Shown here: positions 1 through 10,655 of the stretch, in pieces
Layout of the letters: each line of letters starts with the position of its first letter
Position numbering within the stretch: position 1 is the first letter of the stretch
Assembly (NCBI GenBank): GCA_963706575.1
Contig: CAVPNL010000008.1
Coordinates: forward strand, 128,001-192,000
DNA: 64,000 nt
From: an uncultured delta proteobacterium
GTDB lineage: Bacteria; Desulfobacterota; Desulfobacteria; Desulfobacterales; JAHEIW01
Direction of reading: 5' to 3'
Notes under the pieces: model-generated
What the model was told of the DNA's origin: nothing
Seen by the model: only the letters and a program-made list of their open reading frames with translations
Database searches by the model: none
Position numbers and translations under genes: made by a program

Positions 1-682
1 TTGATTTTTGCCGTTTCGGAAAATCGGCGACCTGCTGGGTCTGATAAGCTCGGCATATTCGCGTTAACGGGCAGGCATCGCACAACGGATTTCGGGGCCT
101 GCAGATCAAGGCACCGAGTTCCATCATAGCCTGGTTGAAGATCCCCGGCTGCCGGATATCCAGCAGCCTGGCGGCGGCTTTTTTAAACTGCTCATAGGAA
201 CTGGGCTGGTTCACCGGCGCGTAAATTTTATGCAGACGGGCCAATACTCGCTTGACATTGCCGTCGACCACCGCATGGGGCTGGTTGAAGGCGATGCTCA
301 ACACGGCCGCTGCAATATAATCGCCGACACCCGGCAGGCTGTGGAAAGGTTCCCATTGATCCGGTATTCGCCCCCCATGATCCTGTACCACGGCTTTTGC
401 AGCCCGGTGCAGATTCCGAGCCCGGGCGTAATATCCCATGCCCTCCCAGACTTTGAGAACCGTTTGTGAATCGGCTGCAGCCAGCCGCCTAATATCTGGA
501 AATTTTGTTAAAAACCGGCCGTAATAATTTAATACCGTTTTTACCTGGGTTTGCTGCAGCATGGCCTCGGAAACCCAGATATGATAAGGTGTATTTGAGC
601 GGCGCCACGGCAAATCGCGATGGTTCGCCTGATACCACTTCATTAATTGTTTTCTGAGTAACTCAATATCGGCGGTGTTCAT
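1..682 (-). CDS. mutY: A/G-specific adenine glycosylase, 3' end outside window (absent from ORF track)
   Basis: Manual translation from ATG at 682: WYQANHRDLPWRR..PYHIWVSEAMLQQTQVKTV..WEGMGYYARARNLH..VDGNVKRVLARL..NQAMMELGALIC..P.CDACP. Confidence 0.95.
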   Translation of the reverse strand, partial: MNTADIELLRKQLMKWYQANHRDLPWRRSNTPYHIWVSEAMLQQTQVKTVLNYYGRFLTKFPDIRRLAAADSQTVLKVWEGMGYYARARNLHRAAKAVVQDHGGRIPDQWEPFHSLPGVGDYIAAAVLSIAFNQPHAVVDGNVKRVLARLHKIYAPVNQPSSYEQFKKAAARLLDIRQPGIFNQAMMELGALICRPRNPLCDACPLTRICRAYQTQQVADFPKRQKS

Positions 683-694
683 CAAAAAATTATC

Positions 695-2782
695 TCAAGA
701 TTTTTTCTCAAGGATGTGCGCGATCATGGCCTGGACATCTGAGGTGGGTTCTTTGCACGCAAAGCCTTTGCATACATGGGCGGTGGCTTTGCCTTTAACC
801 AGCTGAAGGCCGTCGGTATAACCGGCGAATTTGGCCAGCCGCTCTGCATTTTGGTTGGATTTGACCAGGGCCACCTTATGCGGTGCAAAATTAAGATTTA
901 ATGCGGCCAGCATTTGCTGGGCTTCGGTTTTTTCCGGGTCTGCCGCAATGACCACCTCCTGGCCCGGCCGCAGGATAAAATCCACGCCCAGCAAAAAAAA
1001 GGTAAAGGCGGTTGGTTGGGATTTTACCGTTCCCGCAAAAGCCCGCAGGAGATTATGGGCATGGTTATCCCATTTGGGGTCACCGGTCAATCGGGCTAAC
1101 CACAGCAGATTCAATAACGATACCGAATTGGCCGAAGGAATCGCACCGTCGTATAGTTCTTTGGGCCGCACCGGAAGCGCCTCGCCTTCAAGGGCCGTCG
1201 AAAAAAAGCCGCCGCTGCCCGGATCCCAGAAATCCTGCAGCATTTTTTCCTGAAGAGCGACTGCCTCTTCAGCGTAGGCTAAATTAAAAGTTGCCTGGTA
1301 TAAATTGAGCAGGCCATAGATCAGAAAGGCATAATCGGCGGCCTGGGCCTCGACGGCGAGCTCGCCGTCTCTGAAGCGGTGAAACATGCGGCCCCGGCCA
1401 TCGCGCATTTTAGTCAGTATGAACTGCGCGGATTTTTCAGCCGCCTGGGAATATTCGGAGTTATTGAGAATGCGAGCGCCCAGGGAAAAAGCGGCGATCA
1501 TCAAGCCGTTCCAATCAACGAGAATCTTATCGTCTTTTAAAGGATGAATTCGTTTTTTCCGGTACCGGAACAATTTTTCCCGGATGTTATCCCATTGGGT
1601 GCTTAGCGCCTCCGGCTTGATGTTCAGCTTTTCCGACCATTGTTGGATCGGTCTTTCAAGGTGCAGGATGTTTGCGCCGGTTTTTTGCCCACTGGCTTCG
1701 TCGGAAAAATTGCCATCCGGCTTCAGGTTTAAAATTTTTTCCCATACTTCCGAATGCTCGTCCCCCAGCACCGATCTGAATTCGTCAACGGTCCATACAT
1801 AAAATTTGCCCTCTTCGCCTTCGCTGTCGGCATCCTCTGCCGAGAAAAATGCACCTTCGGCAGATGTCATATCTCTTAAAACATAGGTGAAGATTTCATC
1901 CGCTGTTTGGGCATAAAAGTCATCTTTGGTGATCTGGTAAGTTTCCAAACAGGCCTGGGCGATGAGGGCCTGGTCGTACAGCATTTTTTCAAAATGGGGC
2001 AGCAACCATTCCGTATCCGTAGAATAGCGATGAAAACCATAGCCGACATGGTCCCAGATTCCACCCAATCTCATGGCAGTCAATGTTTTTTCGACCATCT
2101 TTAATGCCTTGATATCCCCGGTACGGTGGTAGCAGCGCAGTAAAAAGAGCAGGCGGTGGGGCGTCGGAAATTTGGGAGCGCCTTCGAACCCCCCAAATCT
2201 GGAATCATAGCCTTGCCAGGTCAGCTCAAAGGCATGATCCAGTAAGGATTCGCCAGGTTCATTGGCAGCTGAAAAGGTAAATGCACGGTCTAAGGTTGCC
2301 GCGATACTGGCAGCCGAGGCATTCACCTTATCCGTTTGGGATGTCCAAAGTTTGCCGACCTGCTGACATAGTTCGATAAGACCGGCGCGGCCGGCGCGGT
2401 TGTTTTTGGGGATGTAGGTGGCTGCGAAAAAGGGTTTTTTATCGGGCGTAAGGAATAGGTTTAGCGGCCAGCCGCCGCTTCCGGTTAACATCTGACAGAC
2501 GGCCATGTATACCGCATCAATATCCGGTCGTTCCTCGCGGTCGACCTTAATACTGATAAAGGTGTCGTTTAATTGACGGGCAACCGCTTCATCTTCAAAC
2601 GATTCTTTTTCCATAACATGACACCAGTGGCAGGTAGCATAACCGATGGAAAGAAAAACCGGTTTGTTTTGCTTGCGGGCAAGGTCAAATGTCTCTTCTG
2701 ACCATGCGTGCCAGTCTACCGGGTTATGGGCATGCTGTAAAAGATAAGGGCTTTTTTCATGTATTAACTGGTTGGAAGTCAT
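695..2782 (-). CDS. YyaL/DUF255 thioredoxin-domain protein with (alpha/alpha)6 barrel
   Basis: N-terminal [23 protein letters not shown] and [10 protein letters not shown] motifs. Confidence 0.92.
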   Translation of the reverse strand: MTSNQLIHEKSPYLLQHAHNPVDWHAWSEETFDLARKQNKPVFLSIGYATCHWCHVMEKESFEDEAVARQLNDTFISIKVDREERPDIDAVYMAVCQMLTGSGGWPLNLFLTPDKKPFFAATYIPKNNRAGRAGLIELCQQVGKLWTSQTDKVNASAASIAATLDRAFTFSAANEPGESLLDHAFELTWQGYDSRFGGFEGAPKFPTPHRLLFLLRCYHRTGDIKALKMVEKTLTAMRLGGIWDHVGYGFHRYSTDTEWLLPHFEKMLYDQALIAQACLETYQITKDDFYAQTADEIFTYVLRDMTSAEGAFFSAEDADSEGEEGKFYVWTVDEFRSVLGDEHSEVWEKILNLKPDGNFSDEASGQKTGANILHLERPIQQWSEKLNIKPEALSTQWDNIREKLFRYRKKRIHPLKDDKILVDWNGLMIAAFSLGARILNNSEYSQAAEKSAQFILTKMRDGRGRMFHRFRDGELAVEAQAADYAFLIYGLLNLYQATFNLAYAEEAVALQEKMLQDFWDPGSGGFFSTALEGEALPVRPKELYDGAIPSANSVSLLNLLWLARLTGDPKWDNHAHNLLRAFAGTVKSQPTAFTFFLLGVDFILRPGQEVVIAADPEKTEAQQMLAALNLNFAPHKVALVKSNQNAERLAKFAGYTDGLQLVKGKATAHVCKGFACKEPTSDVQAMIAHILEKKS

Positions 2783-2995
2783 CGTCTTCTCCTATTGAAT
2801 ATCGAATATCGAGCAAGGATTTCGAAGTTAAGTTTTACCTGTCCTGTTCAATTTTCTGTGGAAAAATAATCTGTGATTAGAAAAATAGGTACTCAAATCG
2901 CCATCCGCAATGAAAAAAGTATTTGAAACGGTTTTAGAATCTCAGAATGTGGCCGGGGTTCTCCTCAAGTCGGATTTTCACATTTTGAAACCAAT

Positions 2996-4627
2996 TTAGC
3001 GGTTTTTAAGGTGGTGGTATGGCGGATAGGTCGTCAATCGCGGGTCTTCAAGGGGTTTGCCGACGGTGAAATGGTAGAGGCTTTGATAGTGATTGTCACT
3101 AAAGCCCATGATTTCATGAACGGCATCATCAAAAAAACAGCCGATGCCCGTGCCTCTGACCCCATGGGCTTCAGCTTCCAGATACAGCACCTGCCCGATC
3201 ATTCCGGTTTCCCAGAACAAATGCCGGTAGCGATGAGGTGCGGCGCTGATAACGTCTTTAAATTTTGCAATCATTCCCAGCGAGAATGCGCTGGATCCGG
3301 CAATATCTTGATGGCAGCTGACCATCATGGCTTGCTGCCGGTAATTGCCCACTGAAAGGAGATAGAGCGGAAAATCGGTTTTGACCGGCTCCCAGAGAAA
3401 ATCGGAGCGAGAGATGCGTTTTATTTCAGCAAGATCCTCGTCACACCGACACAAAAAATAAAGCCCCGCTGCTATATCCGTCACATTATGAACAAAAAGT
3501 AGCAGATGGGTTGAAGCTTCTATTAATTCAGCATCAAAAGGGGCGTTATTCACTCGCGGCAGAGTTTTATCCAGCATGCTCAAAAACTGATTTCTGGTGA
3601 TAGAACCATTTCGATCAAAATCGGTTGCGCTTCTTCGATTTCGGATGATTTGCGCCGCAGATAATTGGTCGGGCTCACCGCTGGGCAATTTTCGATTTCC
3701 CAGTTTAACCGTGATTTCTGCGGTGGCCGGTTTGCGGGTCTGGCGAGCCGTTTGATAAATGAGCTCCCAGTTTACACCCTTTTGACTCAATGGGTCCGGT
3801 TCGCCAACAAAACGTAAATCGGTGAATTCAGGTATAATTTGATCCGGCAAATCCCGGGGAATGTGAAATGACGTCAGCGGATGTACAAAACATAAAAAAT
3901 CGGTGTGTTCCTCCTCTAATTTGCGGAATCGGATCTGATCAAAACCCAGAACCGCAAAGATCGCCTCGTCTGACAGTGCGTTCAAATAGGTTACTTTCCA
4001 CCCGAACAGATTTGCTGAAAAACTGAGACAGGCCAGGGCATGGCCGGCATCGTGATTGCAGTAGCGAAATGCACGTTCACCGTATTTCCAGGATTCTCGC
4101 CAGAAAATACTGCTGATGCCGATGAAGAATCCGTCTGCCCCGAAATGAGATAGGATGCGTTGCCATAATTCAGCAGGAACTTCGGCGCGCTTTTCCAACA
4201 TGTGGTCAAAAGCGTTGTAATGGTAGACACCGCTTTGATTTGAATTCAGAGGCGGCAGAATCAGATGTGCTTCGGTGGGGTGAAGATTTCCGCTTGAAGG
4301 GTTTATTCTTAGTGACCACCGGGAACCGGATGCCGCCTTCCAGGCAGATAGCCCCAGAGACAGTTCAAGAAAACCGGCGAGGGTTTCAATGGTTACCGGC
4401 TGCGGTGAATTATTTTTTCGGTCATATAAATCCCGGTGGGCTGCTGCCGGATCATTTTTCAGCAGCGGTAAGGGCAACGCGGGCGCTCCCACATAAGAGC
4501 GAAACGGATTCGGCTGATTTTGCCAGTCCATGTAACCCGGAGATCTGGCATAACGATCGTAATGATGTTTCGTCGCTTCGTGATAGTTAATGATTTCTTC
4601 TGCTTTTTCGGAGATCATTGTTGGCAT
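2996..4627 (-). CDS. SagB/ThcOx-family double nitroreductase-domain protein (start uncertain: 4654, 4627 or 4618)
   Basis: YHEATKH, RINPSSGNLHPTE, WKYGERAFRY, GMIGQVLYLEAEA..GIGCFFDD. Confidence 0.85.
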   Translation of the reverse strand: MPTMISEKAEEIINYHEATKHHYDRYARSPGYMDWQNQPNPFRSYVGAPALPLPLLKNDPAAAHRDLYDRKNNSPQPVTIETLAGFLELSLGLSAWKAASGSRWSLRINPSSGNLHPTEAHLILPPLNSNQSGVYHYNAFDHMLEKRAEVPAELWQRILSHFGADGFFIGISSIFWRESWKYGERAFRYCNHDAGHALACLSFSANLFGWKVTYLNALSDEAIFAVLGFDQIRFRKLEEEHTDFLCFVHPLTSFHIPRDLPDQIIPEFTDLRFVGEPDPLSQKGVNWELIYQTARQTRKPATAEITVKLGNRKLPSGEPDQLSAAQIIRNRRSATDFDRNGSITRNQFLSMLDKTLPRVNNAPFDAELIEASTHLLLFVHNVTDIAAGLYFLCRCDEDLAEIKRISRSDFLWEPVKTDFPLYLLSVGNYRQQAMMVSCHQDIAGSSAFSLGMIAKFKDVISAAPHRYRHLFWETGMIGQVLYLEAEAHGVRGTGIGCFFDDAVHEIMGFSDNHYQSLYHFTVGKPLEDPRLTTYPPYHHLKNR

Positions 4628-4714
4628 TGTTCGCAGCGTATAACCATTAAACAATAACTGAATATAGGAAACCCTTTGATGCGTTTCTTATTTTTCAGGT
4701 GCGGGTGCCGAATG

Positions 4715-4752
4715 AAAAAAAGGGCGACACGTGTTGGGGTGCCGCCCTTTTT
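4715..4752. terminator. Intrinsic terminator hairpin, possibly bidirectional, downstream of the hesB-like gene
   Basis: A7-GGGCGACAC...GTGCCGCCC-T5. Confidence 0.75.
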
Positions 4753-4770
4753 GTTTTTCGGTCAGGATAT

Positions 4771-5094
4771 TTAATCGCTGCAGTGTCCGGCTGTGCTGCA
4801 GCTTCCGCAGGCTGAGTCGCCGGCGTTGAATTCAATGCTGGAATCAATTTTAAACCCGTATCCCAAAAAATCGACCTTTACGGGTTGCGCTTTTTCATAG
4901 AACTCTTTTTCCATAATAAATTGAAAACCGTTTACATCGAAAACACTATCATCATCTTTAGGCTCATCCAGAGCCATGGCCAGAGAGGGGCCCCCTCAGC
5001 CTTGGGCATTCAAAAAGATCCGAATCGGCGCGACCTCTTTACCTTTAAAATATTCCTGAATCTGTTTCGTCGCTTCCTCAGTTACTTCAACCAT
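4771..5094 (-). CDS. HesB/IscA-like selenoprotein, 107 aa, in-frame UGA (Sec) at codon 33
   Basis: AGGAGG RBS, ATG at 5094, MVEVTEEATKQIQEYFKGKEVAPIRIFLNAQG-UGA(4998-4996)-GGPSLAMALDE, in frame with ORF 4771..4977; hairpin GGCTC-TGGAT-GAGCC 21-35 nt after the UGA. Confidence 0.9.
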
Positions 5095-5167
5095 AATATT
5101 CTTATCCTCCTTGCGTGTTTTCAGCTCAGTTCGGAAAATCTGGCCGAATTTGCTTAAATTCCTCTAA

Positions 5168-5196
5168 ATGTTAACTATGCCGGGGCAATTTGTCAA
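5168..5196 (-). promoter_or_regulatory. Sigma70-type promoter for the hesB-like gene
   Basis: TTGACA-N17-TAACAT on minus strand. Confidence 0.55.
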
Positions 5197-5357
5197 ATCT
5201 AAAATTAACTCTATCTAACCCGGACAACCTGTAAACGTAAAAGACAATTTTATCACGAAATCGCGAAAATTAAAAAATAAATTTCGTGCTTTTAAAATTT
5301 CGTGTTTTCGTGGTTGAAACAAATTATTCATAAAATGCCAAGGAATTACAATAAGTT

Positions 5358-5882
5358 CTAAAATATCGATTTTAGATAGGTTTCATACACCGCACAATCT
5401 TTTTCGGAAAATAGGATGAAAATGATTTTTTTGACAGATGGATTGGTTTTTAAAAAATTATAACTGGTATCTACGGCGATTTTACAGGCATCTTCAATCG
5501 GGTAGCCATAGACACCGCAGCTGATGGCTGGAAACGCAATCGTCGCCAGGTTGTGTTCAACGGCCAGTGTTAAACTATTTAAATAGCAGTTGGTCAACAG
5601 CTGGCTATCCTGCGGCTTTCCACTGTATACCGGCCCAACGGTATGAATAACATAGCGCGCCGGCAGATTGTATCCTCCGGTAACCCGGGCCTCACCTGTG
5701 GGGCAGCCGCCGATGCTCCGGCACTCTTCCAATAACTGAGGCCCGGCAGCTCGATGAATTGCCCCATCCACGCCGCCACCGCCTAAAAGCTTGGTGTTGG
5801 CGGCATTTACAATTGCATCCACATCCAGTCGGGTAATGTCACCCTGCCGGATTTCTAATTTTGCCAGTATATCTTTGTCCAT
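5358..5882 (-). CDS. Macro-domain O-acetyl-ADP-ribose deacetylase (YmdB-like)
   Basis: GDIT..DAIVNAAN..LLGGGGVDGAIHRAAG, HTVGP, FPAISCGVYGYP. Confidence 0.95.
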   Translation of the reverse strand: MDKDILAKLEIRQGDITRLDVDAIVNAANTKLLGGGGVDGAIHRAAGPQLLEECRSIGGCPTGEARVTGGYNLPARYVIHTVGPVYSGKPQDSQLLTNCYLNSLTLAVEHNLATIAFPAISCGVYGYPIEDACKIAVDTSYNFLKTNPSVKKIIFILFSEKDCAVYETYLKSIF

Positions 5883-5991
5883 GCCTTTTTCCCCTCAAAC
5901 AATTGTGATCTTGGTCCCTTTTTATCCTGAATATCGAATATCGAATCACGCTAAAGACGTGATCTAAAGTCAGGAATGTCCAACCGCAGAA

Positions 5992-6046
5992 GTAGGGCCG
6001 GCCTCTGTGCCGGCCTGGGAATGGCGGCCACAGAGGGCCGCCCTAC
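5992..6046. repeat. GTAG-type REP doublet (55 bp)
   Basis: GTAGGGCCGGCCTCTGTGCCGGCC...GGCGGCCACAGAGGGCCGCCCTAC; related copies at 8358 and 40385. Confidence 0.8.
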
Positions 6047-6144
6047 TTCGATATTCGAGATTCCCTGTTCGACTCGGCTGAGCTGTTCGGCCCTGAGCTC
6101 ACGGCCGGTGGTCTCGTCGCAGGCTGCGGTTCTAATTAATTTTT

Positions 6145-6636
6145 TTAGAGATCATATAACTTCTCATCTCTCATCGGTGCCGGTCTTCGAATTCTTTTAG
6201 CCCCCGTTTTTCCGGGTAAGAGGAAAGGTTCATCCTCCTCCAACAGATCTCCCATTTCGGCCTCGATAGCATCCGGGTCCTCGCCGGCCTCCATTCGCTT
6301 TAAGGCCTCATTCATACTGTCGCCCAGTTCAAGGCCCGTCATATCTGAAAGCTTTCGCATGAGGTTGGCGGCCTGGCGAGGATCATCTTCGTTGATTTTA
6401 TCCGCCTCGCCGGCCAGCATTTGCATGGCTTTTTCCATCTTATTTTCATCAAACGGCAGATCATCCGTGTCACTGTCCTCGGTGGCCTTGCCGGTAAACG
6501 CAAAAGCCGACATTTGTCTGGAAAGCGTTTTTGTCTCGCACCTGGGGCATTTGGGTTTCTTAGAGGTGTTTACGGTTTTTGAAAAAAAATTGAAGATGGT
6601 ATTACAATCTTCACAATAGAATTCGTAGATGGGCAT
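6145..6636 (-). CDS. FmdB-family zinc-ribbon protein
   Basis: Start re-assigned to MPIYEFYCEDC...CPRC. Confidence 0.85.
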   Translation of the reverse strand: MPIYEFYCEDCNTIFNFFSKTVNTSKKPKCPRCETKTLSRQMSAFAFTGKATEDSDTDDLPFDENKMEKAMQMLAGEADKINEDDPRQAANLMRKLSDMTGLELGDSMNEALKRMEAGEDPDAIEAEMGDLLEEDEPFLLPGKTGAKRIRRPAPMRDEKLYDL

Positions 6637-7096
6637 AACTGCTCCTTTGCAATTGAGTCCAATGCATTCGGTTATTGACATAATAAAAAGTGGTAATTTG
6701 GTTGTCAACCGCAATAAATGCTCGTTGACTTGCCAGTAGCCGTTTGTTATGGCACCCTGTTCAGAGGTTCAAAGTTCAGGGATTCAGGGTTCAGGGTCAA
6801 CAGATAAGTAATGAGTGCTGAGGACTGAGCACTGAGCAAAAAAACCTGCTTGGCCCGACTATTTTAACATAAGTTGTCGGTTTCCGTCATGAATTGTCTT
6901 CCTGGAACCATGGGTTGTCGTTTTCAGTCATGACCCGGAACGGCTATTTTCGCCCCTTTTTGTTACGATATACCTCAGCCCTCAGTCCTGTGTTTTCATA
7001 CGTGACACCTGAGACCATATTGATTAGAACTTTTGTAACATATTCTTGGTACACAACACTAGATCCTACTCTAAGAAAGGAAAGGGACTGGCTATT

Positions 7097-7513
7097 ATGG
7101 AAAGAACTCTGGCAATTATTAAACCCGATGGCGTGGCCCGCGGTATTATCGGTGAGGTGGTTAAGCGGCTGGAAAACAACGATTTTAAAATCATGGCGAT
7201 GAAGATGCTTCATCTCACGAAGCAGCAGGCGGAGGGGTTTTATGCGGTCCATCAGGGGAAACCCTTTTTTGAAAGCCTGACCGATTTTATGAGCTCCGGA
7301 CCGGCCGTGGTGATGATACTCGAGGGTGAAAATGTGATTTCCCGCTACCGGGAACTGATGGGGGCGACCAATTACAAAGATGCCGCAGAGGGGACCATCC
7401 GCAAGGAATTTGCAACCGATATTGAAAAAAATGTGGTTCACGGTTCAGATGCGCCGGAAACCGCTGCTTTTGAAATGGCCTATTTTTTCAACAATCTTGA
7501 AATTATTAGCTGA
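7097..7513 (+). CDS. ndk: Nucleoside diphosphate kinase
   Basis: [13 protein letters not shown]...GTIR...NVVHGSD. Confidence 0.97.
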   Translation: MERTLAIIKPDGVARGIIGEVVKRLENNDFKIMAMKMLHLTKQQAEGFYAVHQGKPFFESLTDFMSSGPAVVMILEGENVISRYRELMGATNYKDAAEGTIRKEFATDIEKNVVHGSDAPETAAFEMAYFFNNLEIIS

Positions 7514-8272
7514 ATGTCCGTAACCGTAAATCTAAAAAATATTTCCATTATCCTGAACCGACCGCGCTATCCGGAAAATATTGGTGCGGCTGCACGGGCG
7601 ATGCGCAATATGGGGTTTGAGCGGCTGATTGTGGTAGATCCGCAAAATTATGACATGTCCCGGGTTTTAAAAATGGCGACACATGCCGCTGTTGAAGTAG
7701 TCGAACAAATACAGGTTTATGAAGACCTGCAGACCGCTCTTGAGCCTTTAAGCTATATCATTGGCACGACAGCTCGCCTGGGTGGCCAGCGACAGCTTGT
7801 AGGTTCCGCGGCCAGGCTGGCTCAAAAACTGGCGCCCATTTCAAAGGAAAATCAGGTGGCGCTTTTGTTTGGCCCCGAGGACCGTGGGCTGACCAATGAA
7901 GACATCCGTTTGTGTCATGAGCTGGTCAATATCCCCACTGCTGAATTTTCCTCGTTAAACCTGGCCCAGGCCGTGATGGTCGTGTGCTATGAATTGCGGC
8001 GTTACAATCAACCCGGGGGGAAAACCTTTGTGCCGCGCCTCGCCAACCGTCATGAACTGGATGGCATGTATGCGCAATTGAAAGATATTCTGGTCAGAAT
8101 CAGTTACATTCAGCCTGACAATCCTGATTATTTTATGAATAATTTACGCCATTTTGGTACGCGCCTGAAACTGCGGGCCAAGGAAGTGAGTATTATTCGC
8201 GGTATTTGCCGACAAATCGATTGGTATGGCAAAAAATGTTACCGAGAAGGATTGGAAGATCGTCGAGATTGA
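7514..8272 (+). CDS. trmJ: SPOUT tRNA 2'-O-methyltransferase, TrmJ/LasT family
   Basis: PENIGAAARAMRNMG, FGPEDRGLTNE, SLNLAQAV. Confidence 0.85.
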   Translation: MSVTVNLKNISIILNRPRYPENIGAAARAMRNMGFERLIVVDPQNYDMSRVLKMATHAAVEVVEQIQVYEDLQTALEPLSYIIGTTARLGGQRQLVGSAARLAQKLAPISKENQVALLFGPEDRGLTNEDIRLCHELVNIPTAEFSSLNLAQAVMVVCYELRRYNQPGGKTFVPRLANRHELDGMYAQLKDILVRISYIQPDNPDYFMNNLRHFGTRLKLRAKEVSIIRGICRQIDWYGKKCYREGLEDRRD

Positions 8273-8357
8273 GGTCTCCAAATAACATATGGTGTCAGGT
8301 GTCAGGAAAGTGCAGAGAACAGAGCTCAGAAAACAGATGACAGAGGAAAACCGGAAA

Positions 8358-8412
8358 GTAGGGCAGCCCTCTGCGGCTGCCTTTTCATAACCGGCGCAGA
8401 GGCCAGCCCTAC
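8358..8412. repeat. GTAG-type REP doublet inside GGTGTCA/TGACACC heptamer arms
   Basis: GTAGGGCAGCCCTCTGCGGCTGCC...GAGGCCAGCCCTAC; close match to 40385..40439. Confidence 0.85.
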
Positions 8413-8494
8413 CGGCCAGCAGCGAGCAGCGAGAAGCCAGATGCCTGACACCTAATCTAAGATAGGTTTTGTAAATCACCTACAGATCGCGACG

Positions 8495-8944
8495 CTATAG
8501 TTTAAGAAGCGTAAACCCGGTTTGCGGGTCGAACACCCTTTTCCCCTTCGATTCTAGTAGTTCAAAAAGAATGACTTCCATGATGTGCCAAACCTTTACA
8601 CCCCGGCGAATGCACCCGGTCCGGGTGGATGATTTCCGGCCGCATGCCATGTGCAGATGAAGCACAGGATTGCCCTGGTCATCCGGAAAAAGGGTGCCGG
8701 CGCCGGCGATCTCGTGTACATTTTCTAAAACAACCTCCAGGGAAGTTACGGGTGTTCCATTTTCATTTTCCGGTTCAGGACCGACGATAAGTTTGCTGTC
8801 TTTATCGGCGCCACCAATGATAATCAAGGAAGCGGCCGCGATGGATTGGTCGCGGGCAAATTGCTCGATCACCTGATGAACAATATCTCCATTTTCAAGG
8901 CATAGAACAAAAATTCTACCGGGTTTGCATTCTGAAAATTTCAC
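8495..8944 (-). CDS. PPC-domain (DUF296) putative DNA-binding protein
   Basis: GRIFVL.LE.GD, HEIAGAGTL, PVLHLHMACG. Confidence 0.85.
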   Translation of the reverse strand: MKFSECKPGRIFVLCLENGDIVHQVIEQFARDQSIAAASLIIIGGADKDSKLIVGPEPENENGTPVTSLEVVLENVHEIAGAGTLFPDDQGNPVLHLHMACGRKSSTRTGCIRRGVKVWHIMEVILFELLESKGKRVFDPQTGFTLLKL

Positions 8945-8976
8945 GTTTTATCGCTTAGCCTCCCTTTGCCGCTGCC

Positions 8977-9122
8977 TAGAAGTGGTTTCAAAACCTCAGA
9001 TCAGGTTCAAGGGCAAGGCGCAGGCCGATCGAGAAAGCGCAGCATACATGGGTATGTGAGCATTTATCGGAGGCCTGCAACGCAGCCATTGGGCCTTAGA
9101 TGGGGTTATGAAACCACTTCTA
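8977..9122. mobile_element. Hairpin MITE, family A copy 1, TA-flanked
   Basis: TAGAAGTGGTTTCA...TGAAACCACTTCTA terminal inverted repeat; near-identical to 22614 and 58842. Confidence 0.85.
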
Positions 9123-10650
9123 ATGTACGCGTACCCATTGCTCTGCCGCCATCCATTTCCAGCACATGGGTCATACAGCTCAGGGTCTCTTCATCCTGAT
9201 TCGGTACATAAATCAAGTTCGTGCGGGTTTGACTTCCGATATATTCGAAAATATCCAGTATCTTTGTTCTATTTTTGATGTCCAGGCCTTGAAAAGGCTC
9301 ATCTAAAATTAGGATCTCAGGAGATTTGACCATGGCCCGGGCGATCATTATCAACTGTCGTTGGCCGTGGGAGAGGCGGCCGAATTTCTGATCGGCCAGT
9401 TCGTCAACACCTAAAAAATGGGTCCATTCTCTGGCAATTGAAAGCTCCTCTGAACTGCATTTTTTATACAGCCCATTTGAATCAAAAAATCCAGAGCAGA
9501 CGACATCGAAGGCATTGATATTTTTGTGCTGGCGGATCTGCAGGTCCGATGAGATGTATCCGATTTGTCTTTTTATGTCCCAGATACTTTCACCGGATCC
9601 TCTTCTTTTCCCGAAAAGATAAATTGCATTTGCGTAGGCCTGTAAATTATCGCCGAGGATCAGTGTTAAAACGGTTGATTTGCCGGCCCCTTTTGGCCCC
9701 AGGATGATCCAATTTTGGCCTTCTTTTACCCGCCAGTTAAATTTATCAAGAATTTGCTGACAGCCATATTTGACCGCTACATTTTTCATCTCGATTAAGA
9801 TCCTTGACGATCGTGAATCCTTTTTTTCAGTGGCAGTGATGGTCTGACCCATTTTTTGGGGATAGTTTTGTATCGGGTTCGGATCAATTTCATAGACCCG
9901 GTTGATGTTTGCAGCAGTAAAAATAGCTTCTTTTTTACCGCTCTTAAAGATTTTACCATACCTTAAAAGCAGGACATGGGTGATATTCGGTATCATTTCT
10001 GCGAATCGGTGGGTAATCAAAATGACCTGCATGTTTCCGTCCATTAAATCATTGATGATTTTGGCCAGGGCATTTCGCGAGGGCTCATCCAATCCGTCGA
10101 AGGGTTCGTCCAGTATCAGTAGCTTGGGGCGCTTTATTAATGCTTTTGCAATTAAGGCGGTATTCATCTCTCCGGTGGACAAAGATCTTATATCTCGCTC
10201 CAGCAGCGGTTCCATTCCGATCCTTTTAGCGATGACGTGCAATCTTTTTGTGTCCTGAATTCCATCCTCGGATTCAACCCGTTCATTTAAAATGATTTGT
10301 TTTACCGTTGTGATTTCATTTATTTTGCCGCTAAATTCCCTAAAATCATCCTCCAGGTCTTCGCGTTCAATAATGTCACGGTGAAGCTCAGGCGATACAT
10401 ATCCAATCGCATTGGCCATGGTGGCCGGGTTCTGGCGGTCTTCGTTTGAAAAATTAAAAATGATATTGCCCCTGACGACCGGCACGGCACCAAAAAGCGA
10501 TTTGGCAAATGTCGTTTTTCCGGATCCGTTAGGACCCAGTATTGCCCAATGCTCATTGGAATTCATCTGCCAGGAGGTATCTTCCAGAAACAGCCGGTCC
10601 CGCAAACGAACGGTCGTGTTGTCCAATGTTATAAAAGGTTCGGGTTCCAT
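9106..10650 (-). CDS. ModF-like ABC ATPase with two nucleotide-binding domains
   Basis: GPNGSGKT and GPKGAGKS Walker A, LSTGE and LSHGQ signatures, two ILDEPF motifs; last codons come from the MITE. Confidence 0.85.
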   Translation of the reverse strand: MEPEPFITLDNTTVRLRDRLFLEDTSWQMNSNEHWAILGPNGSGKTTFAKSLFGAVPVVRGNIIFNFSNEDRQNPATMANAIGYVSPELHRDIIEREDLEDDFREFSGKINEITTVKQIILNERVESEDGIQDTKRLHVIAKRIGMEPLLERDIRSLSTGEMNTALIAKALIKRPKLLILDEPFDGLDEPSRNALAKIINDLMDGNMQVILITHRFAEMIPNITHVLLLRYGKIFKSGKKEAIFTAANINRVYEIDPNPIQNYPQKMGQTITATEKKDSRSSRILIEMKNVAVKYGCQQILDKFNWRVKEGQNWIILGPKGAGKSTVLTLILGDNLQAYANAIYLFGKRRGSGESIWDIKRQIGYISSDLQIRQHKNINAFDVVCSGFFDSNGLYKKCSSEELSIAREWTHFLGVDELADQKFGRLSHGQRQLIMIARAMVKSPEILILDEPFQGLDIKNRTKILDIFEYIGSQTRTNLIYVPNQDEETLSCMTHVLEMDGGRAMGTRTLEVVS

Positions 10651-10655
10651 ATTTT

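Noticed and set aside
2996..4627. SagB-like gene as part of a RiPP cluster
   Set aside because: No YcaO, precursor peptide or transporter nearby.
8966..9199. Similar short ORFs at 8966 and 58820
   Set aside because: Chance frames through the MITE; no RBS or protein-like features.
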